Below, in pieces: positions 1 to 9,645 of a stretch of DNA of 33,250 bases. A program made the translations under genes and the position numbers. Under the pieces are notes generated by a model, which saw nothing but the letters and a program-made list of their open reading frames with translations, searched no databases and was not told where the DNA came from. The stretch is from a virus (taxonomy: Duplodnaviria; Caudoviricetes). The stretch spans positions 1 through 33,250 of IMG/VR virus record IMGVR_UViG_3300032237_000462; one strand, 5' to 3'. Numbering within the stretch: position 1 is the first letter of the stretch; every line of letters begins with the position of its first letter.

Positions 1-1740
1 ATAGCGTGTTAGTCCGCTGTGACTGCATGGTCCACGTTCCTTGGCCAACTCTACTGTGGCTTCTGTTAGGTAAAATGCTTGATGCTCCATCCAAGTTTTA
101 ACTTCTTGTAGGGCATCTTTTTCACCATACAACAAGCCACGTTTAGCATGCCAATAAGCCAAGTTGGTAATACCAATGCCTAAAGGTTGGATTTCTTGAT
201 TGCTTAACTGACTTTGAATGCTCAAGAAGTCTTGGTAATCAAGAATGTTACATAGACTGCGTTGTAAGATGCGGCAAGCACGACGCATATCTTCTGGATT
301 ACGGAATGCTCCCCAGTTGATTGATCCTAATGTACACAAGGCAATGCGGCCTTCTTCATCATCCAGGCGTTTGAAAGATTTAGTAGGCAATAAGATTTCA
401 CAGCAAAGATTACTTTGATAGATGGTATGATACTCTGGATCAAATGGACCTTGTTCCTGAACATTGTCAATGAACACAAGATAGATGCGCCCGGTGTCGG
501 TGCGTTCTTTCAAGATGCCACCTTTGAATACGTCTTCGGCGGCCATGGTCTTGGTTCTTAGGTCTTTTCGTTTTTCGTACTTAACATACAGTTGTTCGAA
601 CAAAGCAGTATTCTTGTAGAAGGCCTCATACAGGTCAGGCACTTCGTTGGGATCAAAGAATGTGATATTTTCTTTATTTTTGAATCTGCGCCAGAAGAAG
701 GCACTGAGGACAACTCCGTAGTCCATGAACCGGACCCGAGTCTCATCTGTTCCCTGATTATTTTTAAGCACAATAAGGTCATCAAACTGATGGTGCCAAA
801 TAGGATAAAATACGGTAGCACTTGCATTACGGATACCTCCCTGTGAGCAACTTCTTAAGTCGCCAAACCACTTCTTCAAGAACGGAATCATTCCTGTGTG
901 CATGATCTCTCCACCACGGATAGGACTACCCAAGGGACGTAAGCGACCAATTTCTAAACCAATGCCGGCACGTTTGCTGGCATACTTGGCCATCATCTCT
1001 CCAGATGCGAAAATACTATCAAGGTTGTCATCGCTACGGATAAGCACACAACTACTGAACTGCTTAGTAGGAGTCCCAAGCCCAGCAAGCACAGGGGTAG
1101 CAAGAGTGAACAAGCCATCGGATGCACAGTTATAATATTCTTTAATAAGACGCATACGGGCCGCATTAGGTTCTTCTTTATGGAACACAGTCGCGGCCGC
1201 AACCATGTAACGTACTTGAGGAGTTTCATAAATTTCCTTTGTAGCACGATTACGCACCAGATATTTTTCAATTAGCTGTTCAATAGCCGCATATGAATAT
1301 TCTTCATCTTTGGCATGATCCAGCATGTCATTCATCTTGTTCCAGTCATCTTCTGTATACCATTCGAGAAGTTCGCCAGTGTAAAGACCTGTAGCCACAT
1401 TCTTCTTAACGATTTCGTAAAGGTGGGGCGGGTCGTATGTACCATAAACATCCTTACGCAACATGCTCAGGCGTTGTTTGCCCGCAACATATTGGTAGTT
1501 GGTATGGCCCACATCTGGATTTGACTCAATATCAATCAAGTCAACAATAGCACGAAGAGTAATACCATCAATCTCTTGTGTTGTAATGCCATCGTAAAAA
1601 TGTAACTGTGCTTTGATCTCAATCATGGATTGACTGACATCGGCAATACCTTGGCAGACTTTAGCAACTTGTGCCTGCCACTTGTCAATGTGTAGTGGCT
1701 CTTTTTGTCCGCTTCTTTTAACTACTGTAATCTGCGTCAT
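1..1740 (-). CDS. nrdA: Ribonucleoside-diphosphate reductase class Ia alpha subunit, with N-terminal ATP cone; 3' end truncated by the window edge
   Basis: Missing from the ORF track because it is open at the edge. Manual translation from ATG 1740: MTQITVVKRSGQKEPLHIDK (ATP cone) ... TPTKQFSSCVLI ... SCSQGGIRNASAT ... QSNLCCEILLPT ... IALCTLGSINWG ... LGIGITNLA. 580 codons with no stop. Confidence 0.97.
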   Translation of the reverse strand, partial: MTQITVVKRSGQKEPLHIDKWQAQVAKVCQGIADVSQSMIEIKAQLHFYDGITTQEIDGITLRAIVDLIDIESNPDVGHTNYQYVAGKQRLSMLRKDVYGTYDPPHLYEIVKKNVATGLYTGELLEWYTEDDWNKMNDMLDHAKDEEYSYAAIEQLIEKYLVRNRATKEIYETPQVRYMVAAATVFHKEEPNAARMRLIKEYYNCASDGLFTLATPVLAGLGTPTKQFSSCVLIRSDDNLDSIFASGEMMAKYASKRAGIGLEIGRLRPLGSPIRGGEIMHTGMIPFLKKWFGDLRSCSQGGIRNASATVFYPIWHHQFDDLIVLKNNQGTDETRVRFMDYGVVLSAFFWRRFKNKENITFFDPNEVPDLYEAFYKNTALFEQLYVKYEKRKDLRTKTMAAEDVFKGGILKERTDTGRIYLVFIDNVQEQGPFDPEYHTIYQSNLCCEILLPTKSFKRLDDEEGRIALCTLGSINWGAFRNPEDMRRACRILQRSLCNILDYQDFLSIQSQLSNQEIQPLGIGITNLAYWHAKRGLLYGEKDALQEVKTWMEHQAFYLTEATVELAKERGPCSHSGLTRY

Positions 1741-1767
1741 TTCTTCTCTATCTAAATTGTGTTACTG

Positions 1768-2181
1768 CTATTTTATTTGGTGTTGCTTCAACTGCCGGCG
1801 GATTTTTACTTCTTGGAAGGTATTTACGACGCTGTCTGGGCTCCAATTAAGTATATATTTTGTTTCTTGGACCAGGACTAAATTATCACCAGATTCAGTC
1901 AAAACCAGTGTTGCATCCACCATATCCGTACGGTCTAACATACTTATAGTATACAGGATTCCAAGTCCCTTTGCAACAGGACAATAGACATCATCGCTCA
2001 AAAGTTGCCAGGGATCTGGCCATCTGGGTTGGTCATCCCAGTGTAGGTAATAAGGTTTCCAAGGGGTTTGATGCCACCAAGAATTAATGTTAACCAATGC
2101 AGTTTCTAAATCTTGAGATTGGGATAAGGTGCGTAGTGCAGCCCAGGATTCTAACCTGGCTGCAAAGGTTTTTGGCCACAC
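1768..2181 (-). CDS. Transglutaminase-like/BTLCP (LapG-like) fold protein, probably degenerate
   Basis: WPDPWQLLSDDVYCPVAKGLGILYTI resembles the BTLCP pattern W.TP.E......DCEDYAIAKY.TL. GTG start overlaps the upstream stop. Confidence 0.5.
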   Translation of the reverse strand: MWPKTFAARLESWAALRTLSQSQDLETALVNINSWWHQTPWKPYYLHWDDQPRWPDPWQLLSDDVYCPVAKGLGILYTISMLDRTDMVDATLVLTESGDNLVLVQETKYILNWSPDSVVNTFQEVKIRRQLKQHQIK

Positions 2182-3800
2182 TAAACTAACCGTGTAAGTG
2201 AATATGTTAGTGTGCCGTTGGCACCAGTATTGGTTGTTGTATATTGAAAACTAACTTGATCGGCTGACTCGGCAAAATTAAAAGTAACTCCAACACTTGA
2301 GTTTTCTACAAACTCGTCACTGTAATTAATATTAACGCTGGTTCCATCAGTGGATGTTGCCACTAAAATGGTTCCTGTTCGATAACCGGTGTCACGAATT
2401 ATAGTATAGTTTAAGCTAAATGCCTGAACCACTGTGGCATCAATAGAAAATATTGTGGTTTCTACAGAAGTATCGTTAACCAGATTGAATATGTCTCCGC
2501 TTTCTCGTGCGTAAGTACCTTGTTGTGTTTGCACACCATTGGTTGTGGCGATACTTTGTGTATCATTTAAAGTAATTCTTGGATATGCGGTGCCTGGGTC
2601 GGCAACATTAGAATAAGTATCACCGCGTTCAAACATATCACTGATACTAACATTATTATTGCTTTGAATATCAATAACGGCTGTGTATGGGGTTGTGGTG
2701 CCGCCAAAATGATTACCTACATCATAAAATATATTATGGCCAATGGCATTTAAACTAACATTACCAAACAAAATACCTTCAGCATAAATATTGTCAAATA
2801 AATTTCCAGTAATACGTGTGCCAGTTGCACCGCCATTAACTACTGAGCCTGTTCCTAATTGTATGCCACGATATAAAGTATCAAATTTACCATTTGTAAA
2901 AGTTACACCTTTGGTTTGTTGATCAGTATCAACCCCGTACGTGGTGCCAGAAAATATACAACCTTCAAATACAATTTGATCGCACACCAAGCTACTAGTG
3001 CTGGCAAAGGCCACGCCTCGTGTAAAGGCTCCTTCTGTAGTAAGATTGGCCTGAGTCAATGGTCCAATAAAACTAACATTTTGAAAACAAAAATTAACTG
3101 CATCTTCAACTAAGAATACATCCGTAGTAGGATCTAAATTAACAAATCCCATGTTGGATATTGTAACGTATTGAGGAGGTGCGGCACCATTATTACCAAT
3201 ATTAACACCAATTTGTTGTAGACTATCTGCACTACGGGCAACATAGGCATTTAATGTCGAGTCATCAACACTGCCGTCTAGCTGAATAACAGAGTTGTCA
3301 AGTCCTTCGCCCCATAACGTAGCATAAGGTGGAATTAGGATTGAACTAGTAACACGGTAAACTCCGGCCGGGAAAAATAAACTGCGACGAATTTGTGGGT
3401 TTACTTCTCGGCAAAATAATTGATACAAGGCACGATTAATAGCATCTGTGTCGTCTGTGACACCGTCACCTGTTGCACCAAAATCTTTAACTGTAGCAAA
3501 TTGATCAAACCATGACTGTAAACTTGAAGTTACCGGATCTCCAGCGGTAGGGCCTGTTTGTACAGTATACCCAGCTGCTTGTCCTTTGTAAGTATATGTG
3601 GTTGGAATTACTAGTATATCTGAAAATTCTGTTAAAATTTCAGTGTTACCAATTACTGGTGCGCCTTCTTCTAGTGTACCATTACCGATATATAATTGAC
3701 GTGTATCAATTGACCAGCCGAGCTCTGCACCGGCTAATTGTGGTAGATTTTCTGCTAACCCTTTGCGGTTAGTAATCTGGGAAATTTGAACGATTGCCAA
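2181..3800 (-). CDS. Tailspike/virion protein with Mtd_N-like N-terminus and pectate-lyase-3 beta-helix
   Basis: N-terminal LAGAELGWSIDTRQLYIGNG; VKDFGATGDGVTDDTDAINRA...LFFPAGVYRV; Asn/Gly/Thr-rich beta-helix repeats. TTG start with AAGGA RBS and upstream TAAATA. Confidence 0.8.
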   Translation of the reverse strand: MAIVQISQITNRKGLAENLPQLAGAELGWSIDTRQLYIGNGTLEEGAPVIGNTEILTEFSDILVIPTTYTYKGQAAGYTVQTGPTAGDPVTSSLQSWFDQFATVKDFGATGDGVTDDTDAINRALYQLFCREVNPQIRRSLFFPAGVYRVTSSILIPPYATLWGEGLDNSVIQLDGSVDDSTLNAYVARSADSLQQIGVNIGNNGAAPPQYVTISNMGFVNLDPTTDVFLVEDAVNFCFQNVSFIGPLTQANLTTEGAFTRGVAFASTSSLVCDQIVFEGCIFSGTTYGVDTDQQTKGVTFTNGKFDTLYRGIQLGTGSVVNGGATGTRITGNLFDNIYAEGILFGNVSLNAIGHNIFYDVGNHFGGTTTPYTAVIDIQSNNNVSISDMFERGDTYSNVADPGTAYPRITLNDTQSIATTNGVQTQQGTYARESGDIFNLVNDTSVETTIFSIDATVVQAFSLNYTIIRDTGYRTGTILVATSTDGTSVNINYSDEFVENSSVGVTFNFAESADQVSFQYTTTNTGANGTLTYSLTRLV

Positions 3801-3826
3801 TTTAGTTGTCCTTGGATAATATCAAC

Positions 3827-3832
3827 TATTTA
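3827..3832 (-). promoter_or_regulatory. TAAATA late-type promoter core
   Basis: CTAAATA upstream of the tailspike gene; similar to the T4 late consensus TATAAATA and recurrent before other genes. Confidence 0.6.
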
Positions 3833-3838
3833 GCTAGG

Positions 3839-4552
3839 TTAGGCTTGCAAGTAGTATAGCTCTAAACGGCGCCACCACTGGTCGGCCCAGTAGTCAAAAT
3901 CCTTGTTTTCTAGGATAAATTCCTGATATTCTGGGCGGGCTGTTGGGCGACCGTCTAGATCCACTGGGGGTTTAACACACATTAAAATTACACCTTTGCG
4001 TATGTTCGTACCGTATACTTCATTGTGTGCCAGACTATATGCAACTAGCTGCAAAAAGTAATCTTCAATCCACTCACGACGCTTGGGCTTGTTTGTTTGC
4101 TTAAAGTCCAGAATACTTTCATCCCCGGCATGTATACCTACACAGTCTGTAGTGCCAGCATACAATTTAGGAAAGTACAGAGGAATTTCTACACCCCAAA
4201 ACTCATCAACATTTACAAGCCCATCCTCAATTACAGTCTGTGCCATGGCGTGACTGGCCCATCCAAACGGATTTGACCCTTTGTCTTTCAATTCATTATT
4301 TTTTACATAGTGCTCTAAGTAAGTGTGCATACGGGTACCACGATTAGCCGCTTCTGTGGTAATTTGCTGTGCCCTGGCGTGTCCAACATTTTTACGCCAC
4401 TGCTCTAGAGCTGCTTTCTTTTCTTCTGGCTTGGTTTTGTCTAAAATTGTAGTAACGCTAGGAACTTTACTTCCGTCGGGTGTACTGTACAACCGCTTGC
4501 CTTCTTCCGAAGTACGACTTAATTCGTGGTAGTTAAATTTTGGATTATACAT
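3839..4552 (-). CDS. PD-(D/E)xK exonuclease (phage exonuclease/MGME1-like)
   Basis: PSVTTIL, RGTRMHTYLE, VEIPL, YAGTTDCV, ILDFKQT, YFLQLVAYSLAH. Start reassigned to ATG 4552 (MYNPKF), which overlaps the upstream stop. Confidence 0.88.
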   Translation of the reverse strand: MYNPKFNYHELSRTSEEGKRLYSTPDGSKVPSVTTILDKTKPEEKKAALEQWRKNVGHARAQQITTEAANRGTRMHTYLEHYVKNNELKDKGSNPFGWASHAMAQTVIEDGLVNVDEFWGVEIPLYFPKLYAGTTDCVGIHAGDESILDFKQTNKPKRREWIEDYFLQLVAYSLAHNEVYGTNIRKGVILMCVKPPVDLDGRPTARPEYQEFILENKDFDYWADQWWRRLELYYLQA

Positions 4553-5510
4553 TATGTCCTTGGCTTTTTGCATACTTCTTATAATGTTCCTGATTGCGTT
4601 TAGCAATCCGATACAGTTCGGCAATCTTTTCAGATCTATTTGTATCATTATACAGCATTTGTAAACTATTTACAATGGCCTGAATTCTTTTTGTCGGTGT
4701 TGTTGCTCGATCATAGCTTTCATCAATAACCGAACTGAATGTTTCAATGCCCATTTCTTTAATACGATCTAGACTGCCTGGACCAGAAACTAATAAAAAA
4801 GGCTTGCCTGTTGCTAGTGGTTTAGCTGTTTTTTCAGTAAACCAAAAATCTCCAAACGGATCTGTTTCGCAAACTACTTCAATTTGATAATGATTCCAAC
4901 AATTAGGATAATGTTGTAATGCCTCGCCGGGCGGTATTCTTCCTGACCGTGCAGTGCTAACTAAATCAGTATCAAATATTCGATTAGCAAACCACTCCTG
5001 TTCTGCTTTATATATTTCCGTAAAGGACTCGTGATGCCACCAATGTTGTGATTGAAAAACTAAGTAGGCATCGCCCGGAAATGCTTGATCTAATTCGTAT
5101 GCTAATCGCATGCGTGTTGGGGTGAACCGACCAATGATTGTACCCACAAATCGTGCTGATGAAATATCTTTTTCAAACTGCGGAATAAAGTCACTGGCAC
5201 TAACAAATACACCAAGTGTTTTAGTGTTAAATGTAAACGGATTAGTTAAACGAGGATTATGCGTGTTTATTACCGCAGACTTTTTGTCAATATTAAATGT
5301 TTCGCACACTGTTTCTAAAAATTCTAAGAATCCACTGGCCGTTAAATTTTCGCCATCGTCGGCATTTACTGTAATGTGTTGATTGGTGTAGTGTGTGGAA
5401 AATATATCCAACAACCATTCTTTATTGGCACAAGTATTGTCCTTGATTGCAAAGTATTCAGCAAGAATAACAATGTTGGCATTGGTAACGGTAATGGCTT
5501 GCTTAGACAT
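4545..5510 (-). CDS. GT10 (fucosyltransferase)-like paralog 1
   Basis: VVCET...FTEKTAKPLATGKPFLLV...GIETFSSVIDESYD motif, shared with three other ORFs in the window. Confidence 0.55.
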   Translation of the reverse strand: MSKQAITVTNANIVILAEYFAIKDNTCANKEWLLDIFSTHYTNQHITVNADDGENLTASGFLEFLETVCETFNIDKKSAVINTHNPRLTNPFTFNTKTLGVFVSASDFIPQFEKDISSARFVGTIIGRFTPTRMRLAYELDQAFPGDAYLVFQSQHWWHHESFTEIYKAEQEWFANRIFDTDLVSTARSGRIPPGEALQHYPNCWNHYQIEVVCETDPFGDFWFTEKTAKPLATGKPFLLVSGPGSLDRIKEMGIETFSSVIDESYDRATTPTKRIQAIVNSLQMLYNDTNRSEKIAELYRIAKRNQEHYKKYAKSQGHNV

Positions 5511-6426
5511 AATCGGCCAAATTTAATTTGAATAGCCGATCCCATTGCTCGTAAACATAACTACGAAATCGTTGTTGATTGTTAACTAATCTTTGTTGAA
5601 AGCGTGAACTATAATTTACAGTTAAAGTGTTGATAGTTCTTACCGCCAATTCTGCATAGTCGTGCTCGGTTTCTCTCGTTAGACTTGCATAATCAATTAT
5701 GTCTTCAAACGTATCAAACCCTTGCTCCTTAAGATATTTGCGTAACTTAGGTTGACCATACACAAAGAATGGACGAAGTCCTATAACAGGTTTCCAAGTT
5801 TTTTCACTGATAAAAAAATCATCATTATCAAATGTAGTTTCTGTAACAATATTAAGATAGGCAGATTGCCATGTAGCAATATCTCCTAAGGTATAAACAT
5901 CATTGGGTATAGGATAATCGCCGATGTCGGCGTCGACCAATATAGGTTCAACACCTGTTGTAAGATACCCTTGTTCTTTAACCTGATCAAGATACCGAAC
6001 TAGTATTCTTCTGTGTACATGTGGCTTTCTATTAAGACACATAAACTTCTTTGCTCCAAAACGTAATCGTAATTCATCATTATTGTATGCCTGGAAATTT
6101 AAGTCGCATACCATGGCCCAGAAATCTAATCTACATTGTGCAGAGTTACCAATACACAGGTGCGGTACTCCGCTGTTTTGAATAATTTGTTTAACTTGAG
6201 GAATTGAAGGATCTACTAAGTCGTGGCAAATTATAAACTTAGGATCAGCATCACGTATTTCTTGAGCAAGGTCTCGATCTAATAACCATGTAGGGTTAAC
6301 AAGCATTACACGATCAACATTGAGTTGCTCTTGTGCTTTACGTTCTAATATATTTCTTATTAATTGTTCAACACGACCAGCTTTCCATGCGTAAGGAAAA
6401 CCGTTGTCACTTTTAATTATGTTCAA
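5503..6426 (-). CDS. GT10-like paralog 2
   Basis: [12 protein letters not shown]; IVTET...[19 protein letters not shown]...[10 protein letters not shown]. Confidence 0.55.
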   Translation of the reverse strand: MNIIKSDNGFPYAWKAGRVEQLIRNILERKAQEQLNVDRVMLVNPTWLLDRDLAQEIRDADPKFIICHDLVDPSIPQVKQIIQNSGVPHLCIGNSAQCRLDFWAMVCDLNFQAYNNDELRLRFGAKKFMCLNRKPHVHRRILVRYLDQVKEQGYLTTGVEPILVDADIGDYPIPNDVYTLGDIATWQSAYLNIVTETTFDNDDFFISEKTWKPVIGLRPFFVYGQPKLRKYLKEQGFDTFEDIIDYASLTRETEHDYAELAVRTINTLTVNYSSRFQQRLVNNQQRFRSYVYEQWDRLFKLNLADYV

Positions 6427-6743
6427 ATCCTAAAACTTTCTCCGCAACCGCAACGGTCTTTTTCATTAGGATTCTTAAATTCAAAGCCTTCGTTAAGGCC
6501 CTGGCGTACATAGTCTACTTCAAGTCCATCCATGAGTGATAGGCTTTTGGGATCAACTACAACAACAAAGCCATCTTGTTCAAAGGCAGTGTCTTCGGGA
6601 GCAAGTGTGTCTACATACTCCAACACATACGCAAGTCCACTACAGCCAGTGGTTCTAACACCAAGACGAATGCCCATGCCTTGTCCGCGCTGGGTTAAAT
6701 TACGTTTGATCCTGTTACTGGCTGTGTTTGTTACGGTAATCAT
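6423..6743 (-). CDS. iscA: A-type Fe-S cluster carrier IscA
   Basis: TGCSGLAY and C-terminal [14 protein letters not shown]; all three Cys ligands present. Confidence 0.95.
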   Translation of the reverse strand: MITVTNTASNRIKRNLTQRGQGMGIRLGVRTTGCSGLAYVLEYVDTLAPEDTAFEQDGFVVVVDPKSLSLMDGLEVDYVRQGLNEGFEFKNPNEKDRCGCGESFRI

Positions 6744-7095
6744 TTATTGCCGCCTTGATTGCATCTTCTGCAAGTATACTACAATGAATTTTAACCGGCG
6801 GTAACGCAAGTTCTTCTGCAATTTCTGCATTTTTAATCAAGCCTGCTTGATCAAGCGTCTTGCCCTTGACCCACTCCGTGACCAGTGACGAGCTAGCGAT
6901 GGCCGAACCGCACCCATACGTCTTAAACTTGGCGTCGGTGATAACACCATCTTCTACCCGTATCTGTAAACGCATGACATCACCGCAAGCAGGAGCACCG
7001 ACAACACCGGTGCCGATACTGCTATCAGCGGCATCCATCTTACCAACATTTCGTGGATTTTCATAGTGATCAATTACCTTGTCTGAGTAGGCCAT
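6715..7095 (-). CDS. iscU: Fe-S cluster scaffold IscU
   Basis: [50 protein letters not shown] (HscA-binding LPPVK motif). Confidence 0.97.
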   Translation of the reverse strand: MAYSDKVIDHYENPRNVGKMDAADSSIGTGVVGAPACGDVMRLQIRVEDGVITDAKFKTYGCGSAIASSSLVTEWVKGKTLDQAGLIKNAEIAEELALPPVKIHCSILAEDAIKAAINDYRNKHSQ

Positions 7096-7202
7096 TATTG
7101 TCTAAATGTAACAGGTTGCCCTGAAAAGAAATTAAAGTAGACACCAGACGCAACCAGCACTACAATTAAAATTAGGAGAATAGTATTAAAATTAAGTTTC
7201 AT
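7095..7202 (-). CDS. 35-aa single-pass membrane protein (not in ORF track)
   Basis: MKLNFNTILLILIVVLVASGVYFNFFSGQPVTFRQ; fills the gap exactly, with TAATG coupling to iscU. Confidence 0.7.
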   Translation of the reverse strand: MKLNFNTILLILIVVLVASGVYFNFFSGQPVTFRQ

Positions 7203-7204
7203 AA

Positions 7205-7564
7205 TTAATCCGGAAGAATTGCCCAACGATAGCAATTACAGCCACCGTCGAGTAAGTATTGCCAGTGATATCCAAATGGTGGAGGATTAGCTGGGCCTTG
7301 ATTGGCGGGTGCTGGTTGTTGATAATATGTTACCTGGGGCTGCACATAAACCACAGGAGGTGGTGCATAATACGAACGTGCCGCAAGTGCGCCAACCGCG
7401 ACGCCGGCAAGAGCTGGGGCTACCCAATAGTTATTGTTGTAGTAACCATTGTTATAATACCCATTGTTATAATAACCGTGACCGCGGTATCCGTTGTTCC
7501 ATGCCCACGTTGGCGACGAAATGGTCGCACCAATCAAGCACAATGTTACAAGTAACTTCTTCAT
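7205..7564 (-). CDS. Secreted/membrane Gly-Tyr-Asn and Pro-rich protein
   Basis: Signal peptide MKKLLVTLCLIGATISSPTWA, GYYNN x3, hydrophobic segment, YYAPPPVVYVQPQ. GGAGA RBS supports ATG 7564. Confidence 0.75.
   Translation of the reverse strand: MKKLLVTLCLIGATISSPTWAWNNGYRGHGYYNNGYYNNGYYNNNYWVAPALAGVAVGALAARSYYAPPPVVYVQPQVTYYQQPAPANQGPANPPPFGYHWQYLLDGGCNCYRWAILPD
7431..7475. repeat. Three 15-bp tandem units encoding GYYNN
   Basis: ccattgttataata at 7446-7459 and 7461-7474, with a degenerate third copy at 7431-7444. Confidence 0.8.
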
Positions 7565-7597
7565 GATTTTCTCCAATCAGCCTATTACGACTGTTGT

Positions 7598-7626
7598 ATT
7601 ATACTACTTTTTCTTAAAAAGGTCAA
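7598..7626 (-). promoter_or_regulatory. Sigma70-type promoter TTGACC-N17-TATAAT
   Basis: Near-consensus hexamers with 17-bp spacer, upstream of the operon running from 7564 through iscU/iscA. Confidence 0.8.
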
Positions 7627-7717
7627 GTATTTTGGATTGGATGGTTTTGGCAAAGTCTGGCTGTGGAAAATTCCACCCAATAAATGCACCGATAATAAAC
7701 GTGATAATTGTTGTCAT
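7604..7717 (-). CDS. 37-aa small membrane protein (not in ORF track)
   Basis: MTTIITFIIGAFIGWNFPQPDFAKTIQSKILDLFKKK; AGGAG RBS and TAATG coupling to the upstream gene. Confidence 0.75.
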   Translation of the reverse strand: MTTIITFIIGAFIGWNFPQPDFAKTIQSKILDLFKKK

Positions 7718-8052
7718 TACATTCTCCTATTTAATGCTGCTTTGGCATTAGAGTTTACAACTGCTTCGGCCTGGTCAACACTCATACCAGTCTCAGCTTC
7801 GGTGTTACCTTTAAATCGGACAACACCCGAATTTGGATCCAATGGCTCTAGTACATTGGATAATGGTTCTTGACTAACTAGTTCTACAAGAGATTCAGGA
7901 TTAATAATTACACCAAGACTTTTGGCTAAGTCTATAAAAGCGGCTTGGCTAATTTCTTTTTTGGCTGTAGTATCGTCGGCACGACCAGATAGAAACTTTG
8001 TTAATGCTAAAAGTTTCTGAGAGTCTGGTGTGGCAAACTCAACTAGTCTCAT
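7717..8052 (-). CDS. Hypothetical protein, possible internal head protein
   Basis: 111-aa ORF in a late operon; begins MRLVEF (LxE motif). Confidence 0.7.
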   Translation of the reverse strand: MRLVEFATPDSQKLLALTKFLSGRADDTTAKKEISQAAFIDLAKSLGVIINPESLVELVSQEPLSNVLEPLDPNSGVVRFKGNTEAETGMSVDQAEAVVNSNAKAALNRRM

Positions 8053-8054
8053 TA

Positions 8055-8936
8055 TTAACGCTTACTACGACCTAAATCGGATGCGCTAGGGCCGCGAATT
8101 GGTTCTTCAGCATCAAGATCAACATCAATTTCTTCTTCGCCTTCGGGCGGAGGTGGCAATTCTTCTGCACCAAGTTCTGGAGCAGGCGCACCTAAATCTT
8201 CGCCTGGAATTGTAGGAGCTTGACCAGTAACAACTCCAAGTGCGCCTTCTAACTGTGTTTTGCTACCTTGTAAGTTTTGTGTTAAACCGGTTAATGCACC
8301 AGTAACTTCTTGATTGAAACTCATTGCTTGATCGGCACCAATTTGATTCTTAACTTGATCAACCAATGCTGGTAAGTCTTTAAACTGCATGGCTGTAACT
8401 TGTTCAATCATCTTTTGCACTTGATCAACCATGTCTTGCGAGGCCAAAACAACTTGAGCTTGTTGTACTTCACTTTCAACAATGCGAAAACGGCGTGTTT
8501 CCGACATTGGCATTGTTAACTGTTTTTGTAGAGCTTGCAATTCTTGTTGTTTTTGTTTAATTTGATCTTGAATTTGTTTTTTATTTTGTTGTTGTTGCAA
8601 GGCCATTGCGGCTTGTGCTTGCTGAGGATTTTGCATAGGAGCAGTTGCAACACCACCAGCAACAGGCGCAACACCCGGAGCAGGAGCAAATTCACTTAAC
8701 TTGCTAGATAGACCTTGTTCCATAACAACTAGTTTTAAATAGGCAGGATTTTGTTCACTGCGATGGAATGCTGGTTGGCGGCGGTGCTCTTTAATTAAGC
8801 TACGAACACGATCAAGCATGTGGCGGGCTTGTGGGCGGGTAAGTTGTTCAAAAGGAACACTATTACCAAAATAGCTTTCGAAAACCTTAGCGGCTTGCTT
8901 TGTTGGGCTGACTACGGCCAGTTCTTGCAGTTTCAT
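8055..8936 (-). CDS. Coiled-coil protein with acidic Pro-rich tail, possible prohead core/scaffold
   Basis: MKLQEL start, Gln-rich coiled coil, acidic C-terminus; GAGGA RBS and TAAATA at 8960-8965. Confidence 0.6.
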   Translation of the reverse strand: MKLQELAVVSPTKQAAKVFESYFGNSVPFEQLTRPQARHMLDRVRSLIKEHRRQPAFHRSEQNPAYLKLVVMEQGLSSKLSEFAPAPGVAPVAGGVATAPMQNPQQAQAAMALQQQQNKKQIQDQIKQKQQELQALQKQLTMPMSETRRFRIVESEVQQAQVVLASQDMVDQVQKMIEQVTAMQFKDLPALVDQVKNQIGADQAMSFNQEVTGALTGLTQNLQGSKTQLEGALGVVTGQAPTIPGEDLGAPAPELGAEELPPPPEGEEEIDVDLDAEEPIRGPSASDLGRSKR

Positions 8937-9384
8937 TATTAAATCCTCGTTGTTGAATATATTTAGCCCAGCTAACGCATTTGGCTAATTCGTTTTCTAC
9001 TTGTTTTTTACGAATAATTTTAGTTTCTAATTTAGTACCAACATTATCTCTAAATTCCCATTGAGCACTGTGTTCAGCAATGGCGGTTCTTGCTGTAATA
9101 TCTGCCGATAACACACCTAATTTTATATCTAATTCTAATATGTCTCGGGCGGTATTATAAGCCTGGTATTTGTCGGCGATACACCAACTTAATGCAGTTT
9201 TAGTAGTGTTAAATATTCCTACTTCTGTAGCCGAACAATATACTTTATATCCTGGGCGATTTGGTTCAATTCGATATTTTCCAAATACACTATAAATTCC
9301 ATTTTCAAGTTGAAAAATAGTATTGGGCAGTATATCTTTAAGCTCTTGCCTTAGAGCTCGTTCAAATTCTTTGTCTTGATTCAT
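8887..9384 (-). CDS. Hypothetical protein
   Basis: 165-aa ORF with ATGA coupling to the upstream gene. Confidence 0.7.
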   Translation of the reverse strand: MNQDKEFERALRQELKDILPNTIFQLENGIYSVFGKYRIEPNRPGYKVYCSATEVGIFNTTKTALSWCIADKYQAYNTARDILELDIKLGVLSADITARTAIAEHSAQWEFRDNVGTKLETKIIRKKQVENELAKCVSWAKYIQQRGFNNETARTGRSQPNKASR

Positions 9385-9644
9385 TTAAAGACGTAGTGTA
9401 CTAGTAAATATCCAGTTACTGCTGTTAAGCCGCCAATTATGGTTAAACCCCACCCAATTAATTGTTCACTACGTTTTTCTGACATTTTTACTACCATGTC
9501 ACGTACTTCATTGACTACTCGGCTCAGCCCAGAAATTCTTTCGTCAATATCATCGAGGCGTGTTTCTAATGCTGAGTATCTTTCTGCGCAAAGTTCAACA
9601 TGTGCCTCTAAACTTTTCTTTTCAATATCTGTGGCTTCAACCAT
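9381..9644 (-). CDS. Coiled-coil protein with C-terminal transmembrane helix (XhlA/holin-like topology)
   Basis: Heptad region followed by LIGWGLTIIGGLTAVTGYLLVHYVF; GGAGA RBS; TAAATA at 9663-9668. Confidence 0.6.
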   Translation of the reverse strand: MVEATDIEKKSLEAHVELCAERYSALETRLDDIDERISGLSRVVNEVRDMVVKMSEKRSEQLIGWGLTIIGGLTAVTGYLLVHYVFK

Positions 9645-9645
9645 C

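Noticed and set aside
558-1987. Short ORFs in the track over the left end
   Set aside because: They are shadows of nrdA (1-1740, minus) and of the 1768-2181 gene.
2181-3800. Diversity-generating retroelement target, given the Mtd_N-like N-terminus
   Set aside because: No reverse transcriptase and no TR/VR repeat pair seen in the window; the C-terminal region is beta-helix-like.
3839-4552. Cas4/CRISPR association
   Set aside because: The four-Cys Fe-S arrangement of Cas4 is not evident, and no array or other cas gene is present.
7431-7475. CRISPR-like repeats
   Set aside because: 15-bp in-frame tandem units with no spacers; they encode GYYNN.
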